Source: Ramazzottius varieornatus
Taxonomy: Eukaryota > Animalia > Tardigrada
Reading direction: 5' to 3'
Length of the DNA: 64,000 nucleotides
Assembly: GCA_001949185.1 (NCBI GenBank)
Contig: BDGG01000008.1
Span: 124,001-188,000 of the forward strand
The notes beneath the pieces are model-generated. The model had not been told where the DNA came from. It made no database searches and saw nothing but the letters and a program-made list of their open reading frames with translations. Positions 12,699-25,705 of this stretch are shown here, one piece after another. Made by a program: the position numbers and the translations under genes. The number at the start of each line of letters is the position of its first letter. Position 1 is the stretch's first letter.

Positions 12699-15643
12699 CG
12701 ATACTTTCACCTCGTATCATCGAATGTTTCACTCATTTGTTTTTCTTCACGATTTTCGAATGATCTTCCTAGTAAAGTTCAAGTGATTTGTCCGTCGGGA
12801 AGTTTTCAATAACTTCCGCCAACCATCACCATCCAACTTCCATCAGTTCCATGTACGTATCTAACCAGACGGAAAAATTCTTTCGGCAGCGATTCGCCGT
12901 GAAGTCGGCGTTGACCTTCTACTATACACTATATGCTATATATTCTACTACATACTCAGCTGGGTTGAACTCTACCCAACGCGTTATCGCAAAGAGCATT
13001 AGTAATTTTGTGGTCGACGCGATAACCCAATAATATACACTTAAGGGCTCGATCGTTCCGAACTCGGTACGATTACATTCCCGGGCTAGAGGTTTTACGA
13101 AAACAAAGTGCCGGCGAACCTCTTAAATATTTGATAGGCCAGCCTCAATCATTACCGATCAGTTGCACGACAGCAGCGAAGATTGTGACGAACTAGCACC
13201 TCCGTAAAGTCCTAATCTTCCTGAGTGTCATGCATGGGAATCTGCCGGTCTAACTCTAGTCTAATATAGCCTAAAGGTCGGGCTGAAATAACAGAGAACT
13301 TTGGTCGGGATGATTAAAATCTTGCTGTTCGGCAGAAAGCTTCCTGGGAAATGGGAGGCTTGTTTCCCATCTACTAATGCGTGAGCTCATTGGATTACGG
13401 CAGACTATAAGTCTCTTCGGGACATGATCCTATTGCTGGATAAACTGGACCTTGAAGGAACGCCTAGCAGATGGGACCATAAGCACATTCTCCAGAGAGT
13501 TTTGCCTCGTTCACTCAATTACTTTAAACGAAAGTCGACAGTGCTAGATGAGTCCGGAGCGTGGGCTATAATTAACGAGATCGAATGTTTGAGTGTCAGG
13601 AATTTGTGGGCCCTTCAAGGAACGCGCTGGACTCGAAGGTCGCCAGCATTCCCAGAGCCGTTTACGCCTCAAATAAGCCTAACAGTAGTCAAAACTTCGT
13701 TGCGAAACATCGCCGAAGGTTTGTGCGTTCAGTTTGATATGTCCAAAACCAGAAAAGAGGAAGCAAAACAGATCGCAAGGCCGCAGGGGATCGAACCATG
13801 CAGTCACCGGAAGCATGACTTCTGGTGAAGCTTACGAACTCGCTGACAGATGAGACCGACCTAAACGGATGTCGTTCTTCGAGCCAATTTACAGGCATAC
13901 GAAAACCGAACATGGAGCGCTATCAGCGAATGTATGATTTGACCTCCCAAGCTCCTTCCAACACTCGACGTGCGGTAATTTGCCAGAGACACACGGAATG
14001 CGTACGAATATCCATCTTCGCTGACTCTAGCAAATTTAGAATATATCTCACTTACAGCCCGTTTTTGTGCGCAAAAAGCGTAAGATATAGTCCAGCCGAG
14101 GCGTCGATGATGATTTTTACCCTTTGATTCCTGCAGCACAGATACGGAAGTCGGCGGCGATATCAGTCCTTTGCGAAAAACTGCAACGAGAAGATGAATA
14201 TATGCTGGTTTCAATCACGACACCCACAAATGTTCAGCTAATCGCATTCGTTCCGCGTATGAAAATACAGTTAAACACCAGTCACACATGTCTTTTAGAA
14301 CTGTAGAACTTGCCGTTCGCAAAAGGCTGAAGGCGATGCCTTGTACGCTGAGCTTAGTACTCAGCCAGTGGCGCAGTCCCGCAGCTTCAACATATCCATC
14401 GACGTCGCCATCCTGCGGAAGCAACTTTGAAGTACCGAGGCTATCCACTATCGATCAATACGCGTCGTTTCTTGCTTGTGGTGTTTACGACCTCCTCCGC
14501 GTCGCTTCGTCAACGTCCACGGGAGTCCGCTGAAGAGACTGCCAGATGGTTATCACAGATGGGAATGACTCACGCTCCGTATCGATCCACCTCCCCCAGC
14601 AAGACACATCTTCTACAGCGCAGTCCTGTGATCCGGAACTTCGCCGGATGTTGTGCCATCTGAAGAGAACACCGCCCGGGCTTGTGAGCTGGGACAATGA
14701 TCGAAATTCTGATCCTCGCACAAAACCTAATAGCCAACAGATTTTATCGGAAACAGACTTTGTGAAATACAATTTTCCGAAAACTCTCCCACAAGCCAAC
14801 CCCCACGTACCGGCTAAAAGTCAAAATCTACCCCTGACCGTAGACCGAGTCACCGAGATACGGTGCCCGGCTTTTCGCCCTCGGCCGCTGCAACCAACTG
14901 CTTGGGTTGATCATTGTTGAATAGTTTTAGACCCCGGGGCAGGGGGTCCTTCTCGTGCCCGTGGCGGTGGCACTTGCCTCAGAGCTTCTGCTTCTCGCAT
15001 CTTTGGTTTTTCTGCTGATTTAGTCATTTTTGGTGATCCTGATCGATGCGCACGGAAGGACAACATTAGGATTTTCATCGTCTCCTTTTTTTGTCGACTG
15101 GATGCCATTCCATGTGGGCGAACGTATCTAATGCGAGTCGTGTCTGAGGTATGTGGTTTTTCTGGTTCTGAAGCAGCGGATTGCTTAACACTGTCATCAG
15201 TGCTGTGGTCCGATCATTCAATATCCGATGTCCATATTTCCTAGGTCCAAGAAGCCCTATGTTTGGAGTGAACGGTCTGCGTATTCGCCCCTTGATGTTC
15301 TCTGCGCCTAAAGAGCTCCCTTTCAAGCCCGAAGATTGACCTTCCGCATGTTTGAAGGTGCTGAAGGAGCAGCTGATCTTCGATGACGCACCTCTGATAC
15401 CAAGGTATGCCACTGTCATGATATACCGAGCAGTGAGTACAATCGTACCCTACAGAGTTCATGCGTGATGGTGTGTTGTTCCCTTCTTATGCCCCTGTCC
15501 TTGTAGGCTGGTGAAAGGCATGAGCTCGTTCTAGTCTTCCTCTATCCATTTGATTTAGCGATCCTATTGAGCATATTGGGTAGCCTTGCGTCAGGCGAAT
15601 ATCTTGCTGCCTGCACAGAATCTATCCTGTCTCGTCATCCACC

Positions 15644-17700
15644 ATGCCGAAAAACAAAGTGAAATCAAAAAGGATCAAGGCAGTCTCGCAAAAGCGGAAG
15701 CTGTTCCGAGCGAAGGAGCCGCTGATCAGCGTCTTCATGTGGGGCATCAACAGCACGGTTCGTCTTGCCCATCATGGTCTTTGCGCATAGTGCACTTACT
15801 GCCATAATCGATCATTGTTTCAACCGAGCATGTTTTTGTGGTTACAGATTAACGAGCTGCAGCATGTGAACATTCCGGTGATGCTAATGCCGGACGACTT
15901 CAAAGCCTATAACAAAATCAAGATCGATCGGCAGTATTTTAACAAGTAAGTCCCATCCTTAATGACGGTATCCATTACAGTGGGCCATATGAAAAACTCT
16001 GCATTTCTGGTGGGATTTTCTTCTAGGGACAACATGCCCAGTCACTTTAAAGTAAAGGAATATTGTCCTCTCGTCTTTCGAAATCTGCGTGAGCGTTTCA
16101 AAGTGACGGACTCGCAGTACATGGTGAGGTCTTTTGTGTACTCCTCTTGAACACATTCTGATTGTGTAAATTTATTGCCCTTGTTGTTGACAAATCCCTC
16201 TTTCTGCAGCTGTCGCTGACTGCTTCGGAGCCCATCATGAAGGATGTGCATGATCGTCAGGGATCCAACTATTACCTAACGGCAGACAAACGCTTCATTA
16301 TTAAGGTATAATCAGTCACAGAAAATTAGCCTCTCCGACTACTAATATGTTAACCTTGTTGTCCTACAGACACTAACCCGAGAGGAAGTCGAGCAAATGC
16401 ATCACATCCTGAAACATTACCACGAGGTTTGTACACACTGCATTGATCTTGAGGGCCTTTATAAGTACCGCGGCTAATGGAATCGCAATTTAGGGAATGG
16501 TATAGTAATATTTTCGGGAAATTCTTTCTGTTATAGTACGTTGTCGAACATCACTGCAAGACTCTTCTTCCACAATACTTTGGGATCTACCGATTGACAG
16601 TAGAGAAGCAAGAAAGCTATGTTGTGGTGATGCGCAACGTCTTCAGTCACCCTTTGCGTGTTCATCGGAAATATGACTTGAAGGTGAGCTGCTTTTCATG
16701 GGCAATAAATGTCTTCGTTGTTTCTGCAAGTTCGATGAGTTATTACTGTTACCCACTGAGCTGTGCACTGCGCGTGCTGCTTCTCAATGCAGATTTCTAG
16801 GGCGAACCCTTGCGTGGTAGAAACAGCAGGCCGTTGGTTACGTTGCTAAACCGTTTATATTTTCCCAGGGATCGACCGTCTCTCGGGAAGCTTCTGAACG
16901 CGACAAGTCGAAGGAAATCCCCACGTTCAAAGACAATGATTTCGTGTCCGAAGGCAACAAAATCTACATCGGTGACCAGCATAAGGCTGAACTCATGCAG
17001 ATCCTTCGGCGGGACGTTGAAGTGAGCCATTTATGTTAAGTGTCCGTGCGTCATCGAAATCTTGGTTTTCGTTGACTTTGAAGTGCCCTAATCTTTTTCC
17101 CGTTCTGTTAGTTCCTATCAAGAAACAGCTTGATGGACTACAGCTTGCTGCTGGGGGTTCACGATGCTGATCAGGGAGGCAACGCCTCGGGTCACGAAGA
17201 AGAGTCCGAAGAAACAGGTGGCGAAACCGACTCGGTCAACAGCGACCTCAGCGCTCCGGATAGTCCGAATGCGCGGGAACAGGAAAACAACGATCCCAAC
17301 GGGACTGCATCTCTCTTCAGTCGACCTGTCGAAGTCGTGTCCATAGCCTCAGTAGAAAGTAATCGCAATAAATCTAAGCCGCTGTTCGTTACCGATGCAT
17401 TCTCGTTGATCGGCGGAATGATACTAATTTATTTCTGTCGTTTATTGCAGCTGCACCGAAGAAGGCAATCTACTTTATGGCTATCGTCGACATATTGACC
17501 CACTATGGCATGAAGGTACAGCGAGAAACTTTATTGTTGTCTTTCAAGCTCGAATTGCAATCAAATGGTCTTTATTGCAGAAAAGAACCGCACAGGCAGC
17601 TAAGACAGTCAAGCATGGATCTAATGCTGAGATCTCCACAATTCCGCCGGAAAGCTACGGGAAACGCTTCCTTGGGTTCCTGGAAAATATCATTATATAG
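15644..17700 (+). CDS. PIP4K2: Phosphatidylinositol 5-phosphate 4-kinase type 2
   Basis: ATG in CCACCATG context; [91 protein letters not shown]; stop TAG 17698-17700. Confidence 0.95.
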
Positions 17701-18312
17701 ATGTCTATTCGCCGAAGCAGTCCTGACTCGTAAGCAAGTGTAATTCCAGTTTTCCTCTCACATTGGCAGTTTTAGCGCAAATATTTTCATGTAGTTATCC
17801 ATTGGTCGTACCCGTTTTATCTATTAATATTTACCATATTGTTAGTTATAGCGCTTGGCAGTTCGTGGTTTTCACGTTCAGTTTGACCCGCGTGCTAGAT
17901 ACGCACATTTTTATTTAACCTGAGGTCGACGTGTATATCTTTTGTCGATGGCCTGATGTGAATACAAATGCGAAGTCTTTGAGTTTATACTCTCGGTTTT
18001 ATTTCCACTTGTCGTTCGCGTAAAGTCGTTTTTCATTTCGAGTTGATTTAATAAATTAACGTCATCTAAGAATAATGCGAGCTCTTAACTTTCAATCGCG
18101 ACGAGTCTTCAACGATAGTTTTATGGTTTCGTCGATGGTGTACCGGAAGGACTGCTTGCGATTTAGCATTCTTCTGTGTCAGAGCAATTACATCAATCCT
18201 GGTCTCACATGGATCAAACATCTACAAAAATGACATGCTGAGCTCAGTCTCGATTCTGGAACCCAACCAACAAAATCATCGAAAATACCAAGGCGGTAAT
18301 ACATTGTTTTCA

Positions 18313-19121
18313 CTAGTAAGCGTCCCTTGCATCTTTTACAGCTGGCGTTTCGCACGTATTGTCACACCAGGGTTTCTTGCCAGTCTGCTTACAATTACAA
18401 AACCAAACATCTTTGGTTTCGTGGGACAGGAAGGTTACGGGCTTCAGACCGTTCTGTACCCAAGGTTTCGTGCACGCTCCGTCACAGAAAGGCTGCAACA
18501 AGAAAAGAAACTTGGATCAACCGGAAATAGAATATATCTGACTCAAAGAGGAGCCAGACTCGACGCAGTGTGGTCAACATCAGCTAGCTCCATATAGTCC
18601 GTAAGATGGATGTTCTTGAGACGAACGATAAGCTTCGTCCGGTACCAAAGAAGCTCCATGATGAACTTACTTGTGCATGGGCGTAACCGCAGGAACACCA
18701 GGAATATTTCTTTCCGTACTCTACGGTGAACCGGAAGGGATGCTTGGAGTAGATTTTTCCTTTATCGGTTTGATATGAGCCTAAACTCGTCTCTACATCT
18801 TCCCTTCTTCGAGTATGCTGCCACTTCTCCATCTCGAGGTACTCGTCATACCTATAAGAAAATAAGCGGTGAGACACGCGAAACAGGAAGAAGGATCGAT
18901 GTCGAAAAGAGACTGCTGAACTTACCGAATGGTCCTGCGTGCCTGGATTCGCAACGACTGACCCTGAAACAGAAGAATCTTTATGAGGCAGCGAGTTTCA
19001 TAGGATGCTGGAGGCATCTTAGGAAAACGTGGCTTACCGAAGATGGTGTGAGGAGCCTGCTCTGGTTGGGCACCAACGTACTTGACCGCTGTAACCCTCG
19101 TCCTAGAGATTCTAACAACAT
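18313..19121 (-). CDS. CISD3: CDGSH iron-sulfur domain protein 3 (MiNT/Miner2), variant with His-to-Cys in both motifs
   Basis: Four exons with consistent phases, first 19121-19038 and last 18492-18313. Arg/Ser/Leu-rich mitochondrial-presequence-like N-terminus. Two tandem CDGSH-like motifs: WCSCGYAHAQ|PFCDGAC and FCNCKQTGKKPWCDNTC. Confidence 0.88.
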
Positions 19122-20395
19122 TCTTGGGCGGTAAGACAACAGAATCCGAGGGGCGCCTCTCTACCGCAGCAAGGATGAAGGCCCGAGAAGCTTCTGGCAG
19201 ATCAGGACAGAACAGAACAGAACAGTAACTGTGAGAAGAACCTCAACGGCAACGTTCTGATCGATGATCCAGGTTGCTGATTAGCAGGGTGCTCCAATGA
19301 CCGATGCTCACCGTAGCCGTGGATTCTCCGAAGCAACAGGATGAATAATGCTTACTACGGAGGTCCAAAGTCCTCACCCTGAAGTCCCGAATGTCCGATT
19401 GGCGATTGCCGATTGCCTAACAGAAATTTGAGAGTTAGGACAGAGAGACTGGAGGGGGTAGAGGAACCGCTGTATATACCGTAGAGGTGCAAAACATGGA
19501 AACGGTAGAGGCACTTACTACTACGGCGAACGACACCATTGGTCCGCCACGCACAGAGGCCACGCCCCGGAAGAGTCGATTACATTACGGCTACTCGACT
19601 ATTAAATTGATAAGATTCCTAGGTTACAGAGCGTCGAAGCACGATGATATGGAACCGTGCAAACTCAACAGCATACTGCAAGGCTAACGTCCACCAGTAA
19701 TCCGAGCGTTCACAGGTGGCGAGGAGAAAGCAGCAGGTGGAAGAAAGCTAAGAAGCTTCGTTTTAGAACGGGATGTCAAGCTGCTTCCGCAATAACTTGG
19801 TGAATTCATTCGGAAGTTCTTTATGCGTCACGTGCCTTGCTCGCCCCTGCGCCATGTTCGTTTGCCCACGTGGTTCGATACTTACTTACGGCAACAGCTT
19901 ACGGCAGCAGTTTGTCCAAGCATCTAAAGATCATCCAAGGTCATCCATTTGACCTCGACCTTCAAAGGTCGCTAGTCCGCCAATGACTTTATCACTGGAA
20001 GACTGGCGTGACGTACGTACGCGTTCCTCTACCCCCTCTAATCTCTCTGGTTAGGATTAACGAGAGAACGACTTCCGTTTCCGGCTTTGCGGAGTAAGTT
20101 TGTCTGACTTTCGGCAGAGAACGGCGCCCCTCGTGGGGGGTTTTTCGCCCCTCTTGAGGTCAGAGGCTGGAACGAGTGGTAGATATTGGATAACGTCATT
20201 AATGTGATATCCTCAGATATCATTCTCTCCCTTTGATAGTAGTCCTGAATCCGTGGCTCCCGATTCCCGAAACAACCTCGGTTGGACTATTTGGCAGTCG
20301 TGCAGTTGTGCTGTTTTCGGAGCACAACTGGGAATCCGTTCGACTGTAGGAGCTAAGCAGCCTAAGCCATCTTATGGTAACTTACGTATTTCCTG

Positions 20396-23300
20396 ATGGA
20401 TCTGCGAAGTAAACTGCGATCTCTCGTTAGGAAGCAGGTGTGTGTACCTTATGTTTGGTTTCGGTCAAATAAACAGTTTTTGTGCATGCTGACTCCAGAT
20501 GTAGCTGAGATTGTTTGGGGGAGCACTTGTATTCTGTAGGCTTTAACAGGGTTTTCTGTCATTTCAGGACACGGGCATTCCAGACTTGGCTTCTCCTGAC
20601 GACGCGCCAAATGACTTTGTCTTCGAGCCCACCGTGACGATTCAGGCTATCGGCAGAACCGACAAAAGTACATCGTCGTCGGACAGGGCAAACATTCTGG
20701 AAGCGGAAGTGCTTCGCTCTATTGAGGAGCAGTATTACTCGGAGGACTTGTTTGACGCTGGAGACTACGAATTACAGGTGGGTGATAACAGGACTCTCTT
20801 TGGTCCCCATCGCAAAAGTACTGTATAGTACATAGGCCTAATCCTTGGATGTTGGTGCAGAAACTGAACGGGAACTACGAGCTGGACAAAGTGGACGCTC
20901 TGAGAAAATCTCTCCGCGGACAGTTAGAAGTGGTAATTGGAACTGAACGGTGGTAATAAAGTACTTTGACGTGCATGTGTTGTGTTGACTTGTTCTTCCT
21001 TATGCGATATCAGGATGGAGTGTAGTGCGTCTGACCAACTAAACGTTTCAGGTGACGAGGAAGCTGTCGGAAGTTATCTTGCAAAACCGCGCGGCTTATA
21101 CAGAGGAACTGAAGCGTGTGACGGAAATCGAGAATGGACTGGCTGTCACAGTCGAAACGAGCAGAAAAGCACGAAGGTATTATTGAGGCTTGGTTGGCTC
21201 GTTTCCTTGAAGTACTCGTGTGCACCATGAGTGATTTAGGGCGACGGAAATATGTCACGGAAACTTCGCAGCCCAAGAGCTCAAGTTGCTGCAGCTGCAC
21301 AGTCGGGGTCAGCGGTGCTCTGCGTTCTTCCATGCATTGATGACAATAAAGTCCTTACGAAGAACGATTAGCGAAGTGGAGAACTTGCTGGAAGAGGGAA
21401 ACTTCGCGGAAGCCATCGAACTGACGCTGTCGTGTCGAGTGACAGCGAAGGCTCTACGGCAGTATAACTGCGTTAGTCAGATATACGATAGACTACAAGA
21501 GGGCTTGGTCGATGTGGAAAGCAAGCTGGACATCGCATTGAACCAGCTTTGCCAAGAATTCGATCCCAAAGTCTACGTAAAAGTATACCACGCTTATCAG
21601 CTGTTGGACAAAAATCAGGTACGCAACAGGGAATAAGAAACCAGTTCCTTAAACGAACATGCTTGACCGGAAGTGACTCCAACAGATGACTAGTCGTGCT
21701 AGTTTTATACAAGATTGATCGCATTTTGGCTTCTCTTGTCTCTTGCAGACTGCCGTGGATCAACTTCATATGCACTTCGTTACTAGAATCCATAACGAGT
21801 CTTTCGGAATCGTCCTCCGTTGTGTCGAACAGTCCAGTCACCGAAAGGTGCCGTTGGAGAGTCTACTTCGTAAGCCCTACCAAGAACTGTGCCACTTCAT
21901 CGCGCCCGAACACCTCGTCGTCACCCTCCTCACATTGTGTAAGGCCCTCTGGGAGGTAATGAAAACCTACCGAGCAATTGTACAGTGGCACTTGGACCTT
22001 GCCAGTCAACGAAAAGGAGCTGAAAATCCAGGTAGCGAAATCATATCGATAGATTCCTTTTTCTTATTGGATTGAAATAGTATCCTGATTTTTCAGTTGA
22101 CTTTTTATTGAAGGTGCAGTTACTGACACTAGCGCACCTGACCGAGACTTGGTGGAAGTGTACGTTTTGCACAAACTGGAAAGTGGACCTTCGAGACTTT
22201 GGTCTGACATGGAGCAGAAAGTCCGTTCTCTTCTAACTCAAAGCGACGCAGCTTCGCACCTGAAGTATGACGGGTTCGGTCACCTTCTGGCTGTTCTGAA
22301 AAGGTTCACGTTAGTGGGAAAAGAGTTCGGAGCAGCAAACTCCGTTGCCTTGATGGATGCAGTTCGGCAACAAGCTTCCCGGTTCTTCTCCGCGTACCAC
22401 AAGACTAAGCTCGAAGAACTACACTTCTTCGTCGACAACGAATCGTGGGAAGTCTGTCCGCTGAAGAACCGCTTTACTTGCTTCGACCTGTGGGAGTTTC
22501 GGTTCCTTAAGCCCAGAGCTGGAACAGAAAATAGTATGAATTCGTTGCGAACACAGACAGGCTTTTTCAGTAGTTTGACAGGGCAGGAATCGCCGTTCGA
22601 CGATGTGCTGCATAACGAAGAACGCTCCGAAGATGTGCTTCTGGACGTCGGTGAGGGAGACAAGACGTTGTCGGATAGTGATGACGATGTGATGGAAGAG
22701 CTGAAGCAGGAGCACATTGATGAGACCGGCGAGAGAAGGACCTTCGACTCAGTCAGACAGTACGTGAATGTTTTGTACGGTGAAACTAGAGACCGTGAAA
22801 TAGATGCGTGGAACTTTCATGGACGTGCATACTGAAAAGTATGCATTTGCTTGGCACCTCGGCGCATCGTATACTGTCTTGTACTGTGCCCACCTGCATC
22901 CTCGGATGTACAGTAGTTATGTCGTTGAAACCTGACTATTGAACGGTTTGGAAGTTCGTAGCTAAGATGTTTCGACATGAAATGGTGTTCTGTTTTTGCA
23001 GGCGGAGAAGTTCCGCGTTCAAGAGTATCGCCCTGGGAGGACCCGTAGTGACCAACTCCACGCTCTCAGTACTACGACTCTTCGGGCGTTACCTTTTCTT
23101 CATGTCCATGCTGGAAACGAACGCACCGGAAGTCGTCAATGCGTTGTCGCAGCTCTTTGACTACTACTTCTATACCGTCTTCTCGCTCTTCTCCACAGAC
23201 ATACATGAGTACTTCGAAGCCATGGTGATCTCGAAAAGACTGACTTTGGCAACAAAGCGTATTCACGAAAACTTGATCTCAACGCAGAGTGATCATGTGG

Positions 23301-25705
23301 AAATGGGGGCTGAAGGCAGAATCAGGATACCGGCTCCTCATATCTCACCCCGTATAAACTTATCGGATAGCAGTAATCTGTTTTCGTTACCGGAGAGAAT
23401 GGCAGCAATGGAGTCCCTGGCTTTTTTGGCTAGTCAACTAGACTCACTCCAGCCGATCCTTGAACGCGCATTACCTCCACAAAGGTGCATCATTCGTTTT
23501 ACCATTTCAGTTATGAGTCACTTCTACGTACGTTGTCTATTAAAGTATTGCGTTTCAGGAGGGTATTTCTTCAGCAGTTCTACACTCAGTCAGTCGCTCT
23601 CGTACCCGATGTCCGTCCACCTGTCTACTGGTGCGTGGTGTACCGGTCTATAAACTATGATACTGCGCTCACGACGATGACTGAGATGCAGTGGGATATC
23701 AAGCACCTCGCATCACATCATAGTGAATACGTCGACCACCTCTTGAAAGTAATATCAGTGCGCTGAAGTTTTTTCTTATGGTTGATACTCGGTATAATCT
23801 TGTATTGCAGGAGCTGGAACATTTCAACCGCTCTCTGAAAGAACTGTCCAAGATAGCAACAGTGACCAAAGATGTATCAGACACCTTATGGACGTTGGTC
23901 GTCTGGCTAACGAACCGCACATTCGTGGAAGGTTTTTCGGGAGCGAAGAAATGCTCGAACGAAGGAAGAGCGCTGATGCAGCTCGACTATCAGCAGTTCA
24001 TCATGAATGCGGAAAAGCTCACTCTTCTCAGGTAAGATCTATCTAGAAATTTCCTAGTGACGGCTTTCGTGATGGTTTAGTCGACGTTCGCGCGTTATGC
24101 CATTCTTGTCGAAAGTGTAGATCTGAACGGTGAGGTCGCTGCTGATGTGTGCGAACCCGGCTTCCCGGTTCAGGAGCTCCTCCGTGTTGACGGCACTAGT
24201 CAGACTCAAGACTTTCTTGTCGGTGGATGCCGAATATCCATTGATAGAAGTCTACAAGGTCAGACAGATTTTTGTCCTGCAGGAATATTCTTGAAGTTCA
24301 TAGGAGGGTCTTACAGCTCGTCCTCGAAGCATGAATTCCAGGGCGTTGTATCTGAGGAACTTATTCCACACTCCGCTGCCAAAGATCATGTAGTCGCCTT
24401 TGTCGCTGACATCCCATCCCGGAGTTTCTTTCGTTGGTTGAGCATGCAGCAGATCGTACAACAGCCCATTTGCAGGGATCCTGACCGGTCTTTGTATACT
24501 GCGTAGATTTCCGGTAGTTTGGAGGTCGGTACTTAGCCCCGAATGGACGCAGAATATGCTGTCACCTACCACAGCAGCCACCGGCATGCTTTCGAAAACA
24601 CGATTGAACAAGTGCCAAGGCATATCGGAGCCGTACACTTCCTGGCAGATTTTCAGGAACCCCTCGTCCTTGTTCAGATCGCTAGTTTCATGTGAACCTC
24701 TCAGAAGAAAAAAGTTCTCGGGGTATTTGAGCTTGTAGCAGAGAACGAGGGTGATGAGCTCGATCTGATCCTCGCCGTAGTCGACGTAGTTCCCCAGAAA
24801 GAGATAGTTGTGGACGTCCGGCGTCCCCTCTTGAGCGAAGATTGTGTGAAGAGCGCAAAGCTGACCATGAAGGTCTCCAACAACCGTCAGTCCGTTGTCC
24901 GCCGGGACGAGCTCTAGTAAACTTGGTTGAGCGAGGAGTAGTTTTGAGGATAGCTCGCAAACGTTGATGAGCTCGTTCTGCGAGACGAGTAACTGGCGTT
25001 GAGCTGGTTGGCTGTCTGGTTTCTGACTGTAAGCAGATAGTTTCTCGATAAGGTGATCCAGGTTGAAGACTGGTGGTGCGGTCACGGATGAAACTGACTG
25101 TTTAACGACAGCTGTGGTTGAGGCGGAAGTATCAGCTGCACTTGCTCCTCTTCCAGGTCGCATGAAACTTGATCTCATGCGAGAATAGTTATCTTTGGGG
25201 AGGATCTCCGGTCTTTCGTTCGTGGGGGATGAGGTTTCGCTGCTGTCTTGCTCGAACTCGTTGTTATGCAGAAATCCTAGCGAGCGTTTGGCAACGATGG
25301 ATAAATTCTCGGTAGCCATTTCAAAATCTTTTATTCAATCTCGGTGAAGGGCCGACTCATGAACGAACGTGATGACTTTTGAGAAAACGGCTGCAGGCGA
25401 TGTTGGCGATCATCACAATACTGTGTCTATAATTCAGTTGTTCCCATGGTTATAAGGTACGAGTATGTGTAATCAAGGACTTCTGTACTTTCAGGCCAGT
25501 ACCGGATCGTGAGTTTGTGGATGCATACGTGAAGGCCTTCTACCTACCAGAAGACGCACTGGAAAAGTGGGTGAAGGACCACAAGGAATATACGCTGAAG
25601 CACATAACAGGATTGTTGCATCATGCTCCCAGTTTGAGCAAGAAGAGCAGACAGCGGTTGCTGCAATACATCGAAGACCCAGACGGAGTCAAATCGCGGA
25701 AGTGA
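20396..25705 (+). CDS. VPS50: Syndetin / VPS50 (EARP complex subunit)
   Basis: N-terminus MDLRSKLRSLVRKQ; LEEGNFAEAIEL, TAVDQLHMHF, FVDNESWEVCP, VVTNSTLSVLRLFGRY, FVEGFSGAKKCSNEGRALMQLDYQQF, YVKAFYLPE..WVKDHKEY; last intron 24032-25494. Confidence 0.93.
24054..25319 (-). CDS. PP1-like PPP-family Ser/Thr phosphatase homologue, probably catalytically inactive; nested in the last VPS50 intron
   Basis: Two exons, 25319-24315 and 24251-24054, with a GTAAGA...TTGTAG intron at 24314-24252; ~400 aa. Motifs GDLHGQ, FLGNYVDYG, KLKYPENFFLLRGSHE, CVHSGLS; exon 2 NGYSASTDKKVLSLTSAVN aligns to PP1 DGYEFFAKRQLVTLFSAPN. Confidence 0.85.

Noticed and set aside
13600-13655. Sm-site-like AATTTGTGG followed by a hairpin (snRNA or SL RNA)
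   Set aside because: No recognisable U1/U2/U4/U5/U11/U12 or spliced-leader 5' features upstream; a short motif expected by chance.
14911-15462. Minus-strand ORFs upstream of PIP4K
   Set aside because: No homology or consistent exon chain; the region may be PIP4K 5' UTR or promoter.
24252-24254. Premature stop or readthrough in the nested phosphatase
   Set aside because: The TAG is the acceptor of a 63-nt intron starting GTAAGA at 24314; splicing restores the C-terminus.
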